Below are positions 39,657 to 53,320 of a DNA stretch of 64,000 nt, piece by piece (positions within the stretch are counted from its first letter, which is position 1; every line of letters begins with the position of its first letter). Source of the stretch: Paramecium tetraurelia. Taxonomy: Eukaryota. The stretch spans positions 124,001 through 188,000 of the forward strand of contig CT868174.1 in NCBI GenBank assembly GCA_000165425.1. Direction: 5' to 3'. The notes beneath the pieces were generated by a model. That model worked only from the letters and a program-made list of their open reading frames with translations, searched no databases and was not told where the DNA came from. The position numbers and the translations under genes are program-made.

Positions 39657-41178
39657 TCAAAAAGGTACACAATATATTTTGTTTATTAAAAGAATTAGTT
39701 TTTCTAATTTAACTAAATATTTATCAATATCTGGAAGATTTTTTAATATATAACGAGAATCTTCAGTTTCTTAATCAGAATCCTGCGAATTGTCAGGTTC
39801 ACCTTAACAAAAACTATGCAGAAATTCACAACATAAATGATGAATAGGCCTTATTTCATCATCATACCTATCTTTAAAAAACAGAACATATATCAAACTT
39901 TTTATGATCTTGTAATTGTGTATATGATTTTTGTCATCTATTTATTTCTTTTCTTTTTTTATCTTCCGCATAATAAAAATTGGTCTGGTCCCTAAAACAT
40001 TGCAAAATCTGATCTTCACCAAAACAGACAACTTGCCTTTAAATTTAAGGTTTGCAAGTTGTCTTTGATTTTCAATAATAATAAGCAAAGCTTCTTTTAA
40101 TATTAATAATCTCCTAAGTATTGATATGCTTACATCAGGCAATTACTCTTATAAAACATTTTTATATCTAGGATCAGCTTAGGGGATGTGAATAGAGTCT
40201 TCGAATTCTAATTTTCTTTAAATCTACTAAGTAATAGGTTGTCTCTCAAACTCCTGAAATAATTCCCCACCAAGTATTTCCTAATAGTTTCTAAAATGTC
40301 CTTAATTAAGTAAACCAACTCTAGCTTCAACAGTATACACTTTTACTCTGTAATTTAAGTTTTGAAGAATTTGTGAATTATTATTGCCATTTTTAGCTAT
40401 TTCTTGATCCGTTTCTGATAAAGTATTAATACTCCTTTGTTCTCCACCATCAATCTATATTTGATCTTAAAATATTTCACATTCTCTTGCTATTAAGCTT
40501 TCGTATTTTAAACTTTAATCAATAGGAATCTAAATATTATCGTTTTTGTAGTTGTAATATAAATCAAGCTGTTATGGAAAATATTCTTAGATTTCCTATT
40601 GATCTAAAGCAAGAGCAGAAAGCAATTAATCTTTATAAGACATTATCTGCAACTCCATTAATCTATAACGTTCATCAATAATTTAAATCAAGTGATTTGT
40701 TTCACTATGGTTCATCATTTTTAATGTAATCGCATTTGGTAAATATATATTGTATTTCACATAAATTTAATCTAAATAAGAGTAAAAAGCCAATCCATTT
40801 GATTTTGAATTGACGAAGGAGAGTAGAAAATTTTGAATTATATCTATTCTCTAAGTGTATTATAATAAAGATTATTACTTTGCTAAATGATAACATTTGC
40901 TAATCAGGTTAGAGTAAGGTGACTTCTATATTTACAGCTAAAAACTGATTCCATTAATTTAGTGTTAAAGCTCTTAGGAAATCATCATCGAATTCCGTTT
41001 TATTTCCAAATAGATCCTCCTCTTAAGCAATGAAACGTCCTTATTCATAGGCACTCCCAATCATTTTTTTTAATGCTATCAACTTGTTTAGGAAATTCGG
41101 GATGAAGATTCCAATATTAGTAGGATCTGTCTTTTTACTTTATCCTTAATCGTATAAAGCCTATAACTCATTTTTCAT
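39657..41178 (-). CDS. hypothetical protein
   Basis: Continuous code-6 frame after removal of one 28 nt intron; no motif recognised. Confidence 0.7.
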
Positions 41179-41509
41179 TCTTATGTATTGTTTTCTAAAC
41201 AATCAAATTTAATAATGAATATAAAATATACATTTTTATAGTTTAAAACATGATAAATTCAATCTCATAGAAAGCATTAGGATATAAACTTCTTATAATT
41301 TATTTGTAACAGAAGATTGAAGTTGATTCATATACTATGCAAGATGGGCATAGCATGTCTAATTAAATTGAGTCCTTTTTTTTTTTAAAGTTCAGAAGTG
41401 ATTCTGATTTTTAAATTCAATAATGTTCATCTAAACAAAGAAACTCATGATATTTTTAACGAACCAATCTAAATATTTTGAATTTAATAATAACTTTTAA
41501 AAAAAATAA

Positions 41510-41770
41510 ATGGGAAATTGGTTAAAGATTCTTTCTGAATTAAAAATTAACATAGTTAAATTGTGAATATTTATATCCACCTTCGGATTTAGTTAATTAA
41601 ATCTATCTCATAATAGAACAAATAGCATTAGCTTTTAGTAACAAAAGGATGATTGTAAATCAAGAAGCAATACAAAACAGAATGTTTATGTTATAATTTC
41701 CATTGTTGCTGCTTCTCTTTTAGTGAATTCTACTAACTGTACTGAATTTGAGGAGATACCTTCATGAGAT
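41510..41770 (+). pseudogene. possible decayed small MGN(C)-type gene
   Basis: ATG GGA AAT TG after an A-run; downstream coding-like pieces lie in different frames. Confidence 0.25.
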
Positions 41771-41855
41771 ATCTCGCAATTAAGGAATTGGGAGATTGAA
41801 CTCAAATAAGAATGATTTCAATATAAAAGAATCTCTTCATTTTTATTAATAGTAA

Positions 41856-43393
41856 ATGATTTCTTTAATAAATTTCAATCCAGCTGATTAGAGATGTAGA
41901 ATAACCAGTCCTCGCTCAATTATGGTCTTAAAGTAGAGAGGAATGACATAAGAGGAGCTACTCTTTATTAATAAGGAGAAGTTGGGACTAATGTTAAAAT
42001 AAGAAAAATCATTACAGGATGAGAACTTAGATGACTTCTATAAACATTATGAATATAGAAGACAATAAAAAGTTTATATGTTAATAAAGGATAGAGAAGC
42101 TTTGATTGAAAAAGAAAAAAGAAAAAAAATTGAATCAAATATCCCTAAAGGGAAGGGAGAGAGACCTTTGAGTAGTTCAAATGCATCGAAATTCATGGAT
42201 TAAGTATAGAAGAGGAAGTATATGGAAATGATGAGGTAAAGACATTTACAAGAGTTAATGTTAAAGCGTGAACAATAAAATTAATAACAGTAGGAAAAGA
42301 TGCAGTTATTTGAAGAACAAAGGCAGAAACAACAGGAGTAAAGACAATTAGAATTCCAGGCAAAATAGGAGTCTATAGCTAGACAAAAGAGATTGAAGGA
42401 ACTAGAAGAGTAAAAGAAAAATCGATAATTGCAATAGGAATATTTTCAAAAAGAATAACAAAGACTATAATAATAATAGATTGAAGAATAGTAAAGACAA
42501 GCAGAAGCAGCTGATAGGGAACAATAATAATAGGAATTAAAACAAAAATTAGAGAGAGAAAAAAAAATGAGAGAGAAACAAGCTGAACTAGAGTATAATC
42601 AAAGGAAATAAGAGGAGGAGGAACAAGAGCTTAGAAGATAAGAATTCTTTTAATCGCAACAAGAATAAAAAAGAATTAATGCTTAGAAAAGGGCATAGTC
42701 TGCAAAAATTAGATAGAGAGAAGCTTAAAGAAGTCAAATAGAATTTTAAAAGAAATTAAGAGAGGATTATTTTAAGAAAGAGGAAAGGATTGCAGAACAA
42801 CAACATAAATTTTAAGAACAACTTCAATAAAGATAAATGACCATAGAGGAGAAGAATAAATTGAAAAATGAAAAGATTCGAAATACTGCTAGAATGAAAG
42901 AATAAATGCATGAGGAATTCAGAAGAGAGTATGCTGAGAGGGAATAAGAGATATAATATAGATTGTAATAAAGAAGTGAATCAGGAGCAAAGGATGAGTT
43001 TCTGAAATAGTAGGCAGAGCGAAGAACGAAATACAGAGAAAAAGTTAGGAAAATGAATATCTAATAATTGGAGGAGAAAAGATAACAGTATCTTCGGAAA
43101 TTATAGGATTAAGATGAAAAAGTAATAGCTTGTATATTTTGTAGATATAAAGAGTGAAGAGAGAATAAGAAAGTTTATATCAATAATAAGCTTATGAAAA
43201 ACTGAAGAAACGACTTGATTAATAAGAAGCGATTAAACATCAAAGATAGTTTGAAGAGTTTAGAAGGGAATAAATTAGGGATAAATTGAGGGAAGTGGAT
43301 TTAAGAATGCAACTAAAGAGAGAAGATCAAAGAGAATTGGATAAATTAAGAGAGTAGGCAAACAAACATGAATTGATGGGTAAAGTTTAATGA
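41856..43393 (+). CDS. E/K/Q/R-rich coiled-coil protein
   Basis: RITSPRSIMVLKQRG..EEL start, then long charged heptads; tiny introns; TGA at 43391. Confidence 0.8.
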
Positions 43394-43446
43394 TAATTGA
43401 AAATTTCACTGCATAATATATATTGATTATGGAACATTATTTACAA

Positions 43447-44171
43447 TCAATCCATAAAAGGTCTGTATTATCTAGTGTAGCTATTGAGACTGATAATTTT
43501 GGCTTGCCAACTTTCGTTTTCTTTTAGAAATAATTATAAAGTGAAAAGAGTAGCATTTTATGCAAAATATGGCTATTCTAGTTATAATTGATCAGCCTTT
43601 TTAAGATATTATACAATTTCCTTGATGAATCCATAATGAGTGACTAGAATGATATTATTCTTTTTGCTTTCGATATGTTCTGATTGTTAAAATAATGCTT
43701 TGACGAGTTCATCATCATCTTGTTTTGCCTCCTTTTATTAAAGCAGATAGCGTCTAACAAGAAAATCAAAGGTTTTTGATACTCGTACTTGAACATCTTC
43801 CCAACTCTCTCCATTTTTAGGAGTGAAATTTCTCTTATTTGGATCATCCTACATTATTCAATAATTATTACAGGGAAAGCCTTGAATTCTTGCATAATAA
43901 AGTCGCCTTAGCATTTTTCTCTTATGAGAGGAGTGAATACGCAATTTTCCTCTGACGGCATCTTGCCTGCTAATTTTAGCATTTCAAATGTTTCAATCGT
44001 TCTCTTTGTGTCTGATATGTAGGCAATCTCAAAATCAACATCAGTCCTGGATGCCAGATTGTATGTCTAATATTTGCCAAGTGCACTCAAACCAAATTCG
44101 TGGAGCCCAGAAATAACTCTCAGACATTAATAAATGGACTAACCATGTCTGAAAACATATAAATTAATCAT
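43447..44171 (-). CDS. histidine phosphatase / phosphoglycerate mutase family (TIGAR-like)
   Basis: MINLYVFRHGQS, SDTKRTIET, LIREK, GESWEDV..R and ILVTHYGFI motifs. Confidence 0.88.
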
Positions 44172-44340
44172 TAAAATTTGCACCAATAATAAAATTAAAT
44201 TAAGTGATATTCTATTGATTTGATGATTAGTTCGCTGCTTTTTATAATGTTTTTTTTATTAAACAACGGGGATGTTCCAAGTAAGTCATTGGAAAATATA
44301 CAAATTTTATATTATATTATATGCTGAATCTAAAATGATC

Positions 44341-45083
44341 TCAGAATGGTCTGTATCCTCCATAATAACTTGGGTAGGCAGCCACTGGAGCCACACTTGA
44401 ATAAGCAACTGGAGCAGTATAAGTGGGTGCTGGTCTGACCAAAGAATATGACAATGGTTATTAGACAACAGGTTATTGGACAACAGACTGAAGAATTGGC
44501 TATTGCACAACTTATTACACAACGGGTTATTGAACAACCTATTAGACTACTGGCTATTGGACAACAACGGGTTGAGGCTGAAAGAATATACAAAATTATA
44601 TACTCTTTGCACTTCTCTTTCGACAGCCTCATATTCTACTCTTGGGACTGTTTTAGTCACTGGGACATATTCAGTTTATTGTTCATAGACTGTTCTAGGG
44701 ATGTATTCGGTTTAATATTCGACTGGGTAATAATCTGTGACATATTTCGTTTTTGGCACTTGCACTTGAACAGTCTCAGTTTCCATCTCAACGACTGGTC
44801 TTTAGTACTCTCTGTACTCTACTCTTGATTCTCCTTTGATTGTTGGTTGAACTGGTTGGGCAACAACTGGTTATGCGATCACAGATTATTGTAAAACTGG
44901 TTGAACAGCTACAGGTTGTGTGACGACTGGTTGAACAACGGATTGAGTGACAGGTCTTGCATATTACACAGGTGCAGCGTATGACAATTGAGGAGCATAT
45001 TAGACAGGGGGAGCATATGTCAATGGAGCAGCAACTGAGGTTGTGAGGGGTGCTGCATAGGGATAGCCAGGATAGAAGGACAT
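44341..45083 (-). CDS. epiplasmin (cortical membrane-skeleton protein)
   Basis: Central IKGESRVEY..VTDYYPVEYQTEYIP..EYVPV..VEY.AVEREVQR domain flanked by PVQ-rich and Y-rich arms. Confidence 0.88.
44450..44576 (-). repeat. coding QPVVQ / VVQQ peptide repeats in epiplasmin
   Basis: Imperfect 12-15 nt units (forward strand tattggacaac / tattgcacaac / tattgaacaac). Confidence 0.7.
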
Positions 45084-45355
45084 TTCTTAAATTGGTTAAT
45101 TATTTTATCAAAAATCCTTGCTCAAAGATTTACATTTATATGCCCAATATTGATAGTATGATAGAGAAATAAAATTTAATGAAATCTAATTAAGTTTTAG
45201 AAATTATTCTTAATTTTTTAATAACATCACACATATATAAATATTATATGAGTATATACATATAATAATAAATTCCCTATCGAATTTAATGGAGTATTGT
45301 TGAGAAACAAACAGTGAATATTAAAATTAATAAGAAATGTGCATCTTAATTTAAA

Positions 45356-45704
45356 TCAACCTTCGACCTTTGCCATCATCTCTAGAACCTATTCGATTAA
45401 AACTTAAAATTCATCAATAGACAATTTTCCATCTCCATTTTCATCTAATTCTTTTAATACTTCATCTATTTCCTCGCTTGTAGGTGGCTACAATGTAATA
45501 CTCGTGATACTTACTTCGACTCCTAAATCTGCTGCCACATTATTCATCACCTCTTCGAGTTCTGGTCTTTCAAGATAACCACTACCTGTTTTATATATAT
45601 TCTCATAAATTACCATCCTTATCAACTTGCTTAAAAGCACTCTCAGCAACAAATCTAACCTTCTTTTTATCCTTCAATATGTCTTTCACAGATCCATTAC
45701 TCAT
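45356..45704 (-). CDS. small two-EF-hand calcium-binding protein
   Basis: AFKQVDKDGSGYLERPEL and ELDENGDGKLSIDEF; two introns. Confidence 0.93.
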
Positions 45705-45906
45705 TGTTTTAATATTATTTTTTTAAATTATTTACTTATAATCAATTTAGATTTTTTTCGATTTGTAAACCAATCTAAATTGATTAAATCAATATAATTA
45801 ATAATATCAATCCAATCTTAAATTTGGAAACTGAATAAATTCTCCCCTCTCCTAATATTGGAACTTATATACATTATTTAATATTAATTTATATTTAACT
45901 GTTAAA

Positions 45907-46979
45907 ATGAGTAGATCAATGAGAAAAGGAAACACACCTGCACTCAATAGTTAAATCAGACCATTCTCACCAAATCTTACTTTTAAAACTGACTAATTAG
46001 AAAATCAAGTTCTCCAACCTTGTTAAGAAAAAGCTGAAGTCTAATATTTGCGTTTTGAGATCCAACAAGAAAGATAAAGATCTTCCTAATTGGAAATGTA
46101 GTTATAATGCGAAATCAATTAAAGAGGTAACCGTTGTATACTCATTCGTAGTGCAAAATGAATAACTATTCACTAATGATATCAACATTTTGAGGCAACA
46201 AAATGAAGATTACAAATTGAGAATTCAAGAGCTTGAAATTAAATTTCGGGAAAACAGCATCCAATATCAAAATCTCTTGAAAGAGTCCAACGATAAAGTT
46301 GTAACCATGAGCATCGAAATCGAGAGACTTCATAATTTATAATTAAATAAATACAATGACAATGAACAGATTTTACGATAGAACGATTAAAAATAATTAG
46401 CTCAAGAATTGATTGCAATTTAGAAGTTGGTCGAAGATTTGCGGAATGAATTAATCACTAAACAAAAAACCATCTATTACTTGCAAGAATAATTATAGAT
46501 GACTCAATCAACTTAACGTGACAATATCGGTTCTAATAGTAAACTTAGGGAACAAGAAAAAAACATAGATCAATTAGTCAGCTAAATCAATGTACTTACA
46601 TAGATTTTAGAGTACTATTATGTTAATTTTTAGAGACAAAGAGAACTCCTTACAATAACAAAGCAAACAAGTTGAGAATATTTTTAATGAATTACAATAG
46701 GTCACTTTATTTAATAGACAATTGAATGAGGAAAATAGAAACCAAAAATAAGCACTGGATTAATCATACAAGGAAATCGAGAGATTGAACAGAATCATTA
46801 TTATCAAGAATTAAGAATTGTAAGACTCCTATCATAGTGAAAATTTGGATTGGAGAAGAAATTTCCAAGATTTAAATGAGAAGTACCATAAATGCCAAGA
46901 ATAATTATGTTTCGCTTAGGCTGAACTCGAAGCATGTCGTGCCACTTAAAGAATGGCTTATTTATAATCAGATAAATGA
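45907..46979 (+). CDS. coiled-coil protein (EIERL-repeat type)
   Basis: SIEIERL and KEIERLN heptads; two introns; TGA at 46977. Confidence 0.75.
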
Positions 46980-47219
46980 GTTCTCTAATAAAAACCATAT
47001 TAAAACTATATAGATATTATTATTGCTTAATCTCTTATTAAAAACATTCTAAAATATTATTGAAAATAGAAAACAATGCAAAATCATTAAATTTTTAATT
47101 ATATATTCACATTAATAAATTGAATAAGACAATAGGTAATTAAATTAAGAGATAAAAATTCAATGCTACAAATAGCCAGAAATCTAATCAAACACACTCA
47201 TTTATTTAAAATTAGTAAA

Positions 47220-48363
47220 ATGCCTCCAAAAATAAGTATTTTTTGTGCTTTAAATTCAAAAGCTACTGATTCTAATTCAAATGAGAATGTATAGAAGGAG
47301 AATAAGAGCAAAAGCTAAAATTTAAAGGAAGCATCTAAACTAAAAAATGAGAAAAAAAGCAATCCAAAAATATTGAAATAATAAACTCTCAAATTAGTAG
47401 ATAAGAAAGGATAAATAGTTGATTTAACATAAAAGAAGTTAGACTTGGGTGATGGAATATTTTCATAGGATAAATTGAAAATCTCTAGTTGGAACATTAA
47501 TGGACTTAGAGCTTCATCTAAAAAAGAAAGTGCAGTATCATATTTAAATGATAAGAATGTATACTGAAATTTGAAAAATTAGTTTGACATCATTTGTTTA
47601 AATGAATTAAAGGTTGCTCAAGAAGCATTTGAAAAAGAAAATTTAATTACTAAATTACCTAAAGATTATTTTGCTTACCTAAATTTTTGTAAAATCAAGG
47701 CAGGATACAGCGGTGTCGCTATATTATCTAAGTATTTGATCCTATACATTTCATAGAGTGAAACCCATTTCAATAAAATACGACATGGGAATAGAGAAGC
47801 ATGACTAAGAAGGAAGAATCATTACAGCTGAATTTGAGAAATTCAATCTAGTGGCATGTTATGTTCCTAATTCTGGGGATAAGTTGGATAGACTGAATTA
47901 TAGAACTTAAGAATGGGATGTTGACTTTTAAAACTATCTTGATAAATTAAAGTAGACCAAGAACACTATTATATGTGGAGATCTAAATGTATCTCATACA
48001 GAAATAGATTTAGCCAATCCTGAGGGAAATAAAAGAAGTGCAGGGTAATTGATTATCTACGATTAAAGGTTTACTTAGGAGGAGAGGGATTCATTTTCAA
48101 AGTTTCTGTCGAAAGGGTGGATTGATACATTCAGACACTTACATCCAAAAGAGATTAAATATAGTTATTTTAGTCCACGATTCAATTCAAGGTGAGAAAT
48201 AAATCACATTATTAAAAGGGAGACCAACAAGGGATGGAGAATCGATTATTTTGTAGTTAATCAAGAAGCTGTTGGTTCAGTTATACAATCGGATATTAAA
48301 ACTACAATTCTAGGAAGTGATCATGTTCCTATTGAATGCGACATCGACCTCACCAAATTGTGA
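47220..48363 (+). CDS. APE1: AP endonuclease / exodeoxyribonuclease III
   Basis: [50 protein letters not shown] and GSDHVP motifs. Confidence 0.93.
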
Positions 48364-48462
48364 ACTTTATTGATTAATTATATTTAAATTAAATCAATTA
48401 AGATCATCAATTAAGAAATATTTATTTATACAATCAAAGCATTACATCTATACTTTTTGAAG

Positions 48463-49860
48463 ATGAGAAAAGTTCAGCCAATTCAACAGCAAGATACAGG
48501 GAGATGGAATGCTAAAATATTTAAACTATTAGTTCTTGGGAGTCTGTGCCTAAATTCGTATTCATATTGTTCTAATTAGAATTTCCAATATTATGTTGTC
48601 GACTATTGTTTCCCCTATATGGTACTAAGTAGCTATTTATTATAATACAAATGATTATGATTTAAACTGGCTAGTGGGTTGGTATTTTATTGGCCCAATC
48701 TTATTTTGTTTTCCTTTCAATGCAATAATAATTTATAATTATGGTCTATCGTAGATTTTAAGCAGCATATGTTCATCAATTGGATTGTGGATTTTAGTCT
48801 CTGTCAAAAGAGATTTTTAATTAGGGATGCTAGGATTTATATTTTTAGGAATTGGGGAAGCCTTTTGTTGCTAAACTCCTCTATGTATCAAATTAAATAA
48901 AAAATAGACTTATCAAAAATTTGGTTTGATTCGGACGAACGTATATTTACTACATTTGTGGGATAATATGCAAATAATGTAGGATGTTTAATTGGATATG
49001 TGGTTTCATTTTATTATTTTTTTGGAATTGTAAGTAGATATTTCTAAAATTAGGATGATGAAATTGAATTTAATGCACGATATGAAAATCTTGTATTTAT
49101 TAATGCTATTTTTGCTACTTCTACTATCATTATTAGTTTCATATCGCTCAAGTCCCCACGTAATACCCTAGATAAGATTTAAATTAGAGATTCTATTTGG
49201 AAGTCACTAAAAAAGATTTGTTCTCATAAGGGAACATTTTTGGATATTGTTTCAATATCAACATGTATTTTATTGCATAATCTCTTTAGTTATTGGTGTA
49301 AGTTGGTGCTACATTGTATTATTTGGCAATTAGTAATATTATGTGGATTATACACCTGAAGAAATTTGTTTAACCTATGTTACTTTTTCAGTTGGATAAT
49401 TAATTGCTGCTTTAATATGTTCTTATAAGCTGAACTCTTAATCTCAAAAAGGATTATAATAAACTTATGATACATTTATCAAATTTACTATTAGTTTGGG
49501 TTTTTTGTTTTTGGTTGCTGAAAATCTAACTTTTGAATTTCTACCATTTCAATTAGTTATTATTGTGAATCTTTTCATTGGAGCTGGCCTTGGAGGGGTA
49601 TACTCAATTTTATTAGAATCATTAATGGAAAAGCACTACCCAGTACAAGAATTAGCAATCTCGAGTTTATTGGTTGTAGTGGCTTGTGTAATAATATTAT
49701 TATAACCTAGGCATTGTCATATTTTATTTTGATGATTTCAATAATACCCCAGTTCCTAACATATGGATTTTACATCTCATGTTTTTTTATGATCCCATCA
49801 TTTTGCTACATTCTAGTCTTCTATAAAACTAAATATACTCGTTTTGAATATGAGTCGTGA
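48463..49860 (+). CDS. MFS transporter (FLVCR/SLC49-like), paralog 1
   Basis: SPIW.QVAIYY..DYDLNW; PL|.LSKIWF..ER; LLESLMEKHYPVQE; YKTKYTRFEYE; about 12 hydrophobic segments. Confidence 0.8.
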
Positions 49861-49971
49861 TCTATGATTTTGTACATACTAAACTATTTTAATTTCATTA
49901 AATAATTAAAAATAAGTTAATGTGATGACATTTATATTTTTATTTTTAGCTATAAGTACAAAATTAATATA

Positions 49972-51354
49972 TCAAGCTTCAGCCTCAAATCTTTTGAATT
50001 GAGTTTTATAGAAGACAGCTATGTAACAAAAAGGAATGATCATTAGATAACATGAGATTTAAAATCCATATTCAAGAAATTTAGGAATAACTAAGGTCAT
50101 AGTTATTGTTATTGATACAACCTACTTCTAATTATGATATATTACGGAAGCAACTGCAGCGAAAATAGTTCCTATTGCCAACTCTTACACCGGAAAATGT
50201 TTCTCCATTAAGGCTTCCAATAGGACTGAATATATTCCACCTATACCTGCACCAATGAAAAAGTTTATAAAAACTAAAATTATGAAAGGAATATCCTCAA
50301 ACAATATAATTTCGAAAACAAGTAACCAAAATCCTAAACTAATCATGGTTTTTATGTAACTATCATAATCCTATTGGATTCCTGCTTTTGATTACTTTTA
50401 CAATTTCCAAGTACAATAAGTACCAGCCACTATCTAACCGACTTAGAAGTAGATACTAGTTTAAGTCACTTCTAGAAAGGATTAACCCTAATAATATTAT
50501 TGAGTTCCCAATAGCATTGTGTAACACCAACTCAATCCTATAACTATCAATATTGACTTTTGTTACATGAAGAAATGGATAAAATATCAAACACTGATTC
50601 CTCGGACATTACGAGTTTTGATAAGGATTCCCATATGGTGAGTCTGATTTCAACTATGTCATGGTGTTATGAGGGGGTTTTTAAAGTCGAAAGGTTAAAA
50701 ACCAAAGCTATAGTTGCGAATATTGCATTAAATAATATTAAATTCTCATATCGAGTGTTAAATTCACTTTCATCAACCTTTTTCATATAAATATAAATAC
50801 AATATCCTGGAAATATAATGATGAAATTGTATAACTTATCAACATTCCTACATTACTTGAATATTGTGCTATAAACGTGGATATGATTCGTTGATCATGG
50901 GCGAACCATAGTTTGGATAAATCTATAATTATTTTATATGTTTTACGAAGTGGGACTTAGAAATAGAGGCTTTCCCCTAAAGAAATCAATCCGAGACTTA
51001 CAAGTCCCAATAAATAATCTTATTTCACGTACAATAAAAGCCATAGTCCTAATGAAGTGAAACAACAGCTTAGGAGTTAGGAGATTCCAAAATATTTAAT
51101 TATTAAAGGATTGAAAAGAAATGCAGAGGACATTAAAGTAATGTAGTACATGTTTGTAAACCAATTTAAATCATAGTCAGTAGTACCATAATATATGGCC
51201 ACTTGAGACCAAATTGGTGATAATCCTGTAAACAAAAATATATTCGACATTCTAAAATATGTATTCTTATATACGAATTCAAGCAAAAACTTGCCAGAAC
51301 AATCCATTAATAAAGACCTTCACTTTGTTTCTGTATTTTATGATCCTCTTTCAT
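49972..51354 (-). CDS. MFS transporter (FLVCR/SLC49-like), paralog 2
   Basis: Same motifs and intron positions as the neighbouring paralogs. Confidence 0.8.
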
Positions 51355-51688
51355 AATTAAACTATAATTTAATGATTTCGAAAATTAATTTCCTTAAATA
51401 AGGCTAAATAGGACAAGTACAAATACAGCAGATATTTAATAAATAAAACATAAAGGGATTTTACAGGTTCAAATATTTATGATTTTCAATATAAAATCTA
51501 TCAAAAGTTAAGACTAAAACATCAATTCATTTTGTAAATATATTAACAAATCAAATAACGAAAATTATTTGTAATAATAACAAAAAATGCTTTTTTGAAT
51601 TAATTATTAATATATATATATTCTAATTGGTTTTTTAAACGATTATTCTGTAGACTATATTATATCATCATTTTTAAGAAAGAAATGT

Positions 51689-53076
51689 TCAAGCCTCTTA
51701 TTCAAATCTTTTGAACTGTGTTTTATAAAATACTATAATAAAGCAAAATGGCATAATTAATAAGTAACATGAGATTTAAAATCCATATCTCTAAAATTCT
51801 GGCAACCCTAAGATCATTATCACTAATATTGAAGCCGTCTTGATTATATTAAAAAGCCTTACACATGATGCTGCACTAAGTACACTTCCAATGGCTAATT
51901 CTTATGCAGGAAAATGTTTCTCCTAAAGTGATTCAAGTAATATTGAATAATATCCACCAAAACCGCAACCGACTAAAAAATTAAGAATCTAAAGGATCCA
52001 GAAAGGAACATAGTCAAAAATGATAATCTCTATTGCAAGTGCCCAAAACCCTATTGAGACTATTTATTTCATGTATTTGTCATAGCTTTGCTGCAGACCG
52101 TGTTGTGATTAAGAGTGCAATTTCCAAGTATATAAAGCTGCAATTAAGATTCCACCAATCTAATACCAAAGATTGGTTTCAAATAACTCTAACGCTGTAT
52201 ATCCAATGTTGTACTGTTAGATATTAAACAGAGCTGAGTAACTCCAACCTACTCCAATGACTAATTTGAATTTATAAATTTACAAACTGAAAAAGAGAGG
52301 AGGTCGAAGATAGCTTCTTCAGCAGTGCAAATCTTTTTAATTGATACCCAAAGAGAATCCCTTATTTAAATAGAGTCTTTCTGATTAATTGGTTTTTTTA
52401 GAGTAATTAGATTGCACACCAAAACAATTGAAGCAAATATTGCTGTTGCAAATATTAAATTTTAATACTTAGTTTGAAATTCATTTTCATCTACCTTAAA
52501 TTATTTATAATCATACCACTTCATAAAAATAGTAAAATGAAACGATCGTGCTTAGCAACATACCTATATTACTTGCATACGACCCTATAAATGTCGAAAG
52601 AGCTCGCTCTTCGTGGGGGAACCATATTTTCGATAAATCTACAATAAATTTATTTTCTTGTTTACGTAGTGGCACCTAGTAATAAAGAGATTCTCCCAAT
52701 CCTAAGAGTGCAAAGCAGAGCAATCCCATTGAGAAATCGTTTCCCGATATCAATAATAACCAAAGTGCTGAGGTTGTGAGAATACAACTAAAAATTTGTG
52801 ATTGACCAAAGTATTTTAAAATAAATGGGTTGAAACCAAAAGTGGTTGTAAATAATGATATGAAGTACATGTTAGGAAACCAGTTTAAATCATAATCTGT
52901 TACGTTATAATAGATGGCAACAGATGACCAAATTGGAGTCAATGCACTGTAGATAAAGATATTCGATATTCTAAACTTAAAAATAATGTTTACGAGTTCA
53001 ATGAGAAGCTAGCTAAGACCAGCCATTTATAAATATTGTTTGTTTCACTTACTGAGTCGATTTTCGCTTATGACAT
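51689..53076 (-). CDS. MFS transporter (FLVCR/SLC49-like), paralog 3
   Basis: TPIWSSVAIYY..DYDLNW; LSKIWFPHEER; LLESLQEKHFPAQE; YKTQFKRFE. Confidence 0.8.
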
Positions 53077-53320
53077 TTAATTATATCTATATTAATAAAT
53101 TTAATTGATCAATTTTAGAATGCTGCAAATTTTCCATACTGTTTTGTAGTTTTATTATTTGTTGTACCTTTGGGCATTTAAAAATTTTTGATTAAACAAC
53201 AACAATTCAATTTTACACTATCTCTTTTAAAAAAGAGAATTTGAATTACTCTTTAAAGATATCCTGTGATTATTATCTAAATAAATTAATATTTTATTCA
53301 TTTGTTAATTGCTCAAAATA

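Noticed and set aside
39930..40080. Apparent in-frame TGA codons (Sec/Trp readthrough) in the 39657-41178 gene
   Set aside because: They appear only if a 20-nt intron is assumed; without it the frame is continuous to TGA 39657.
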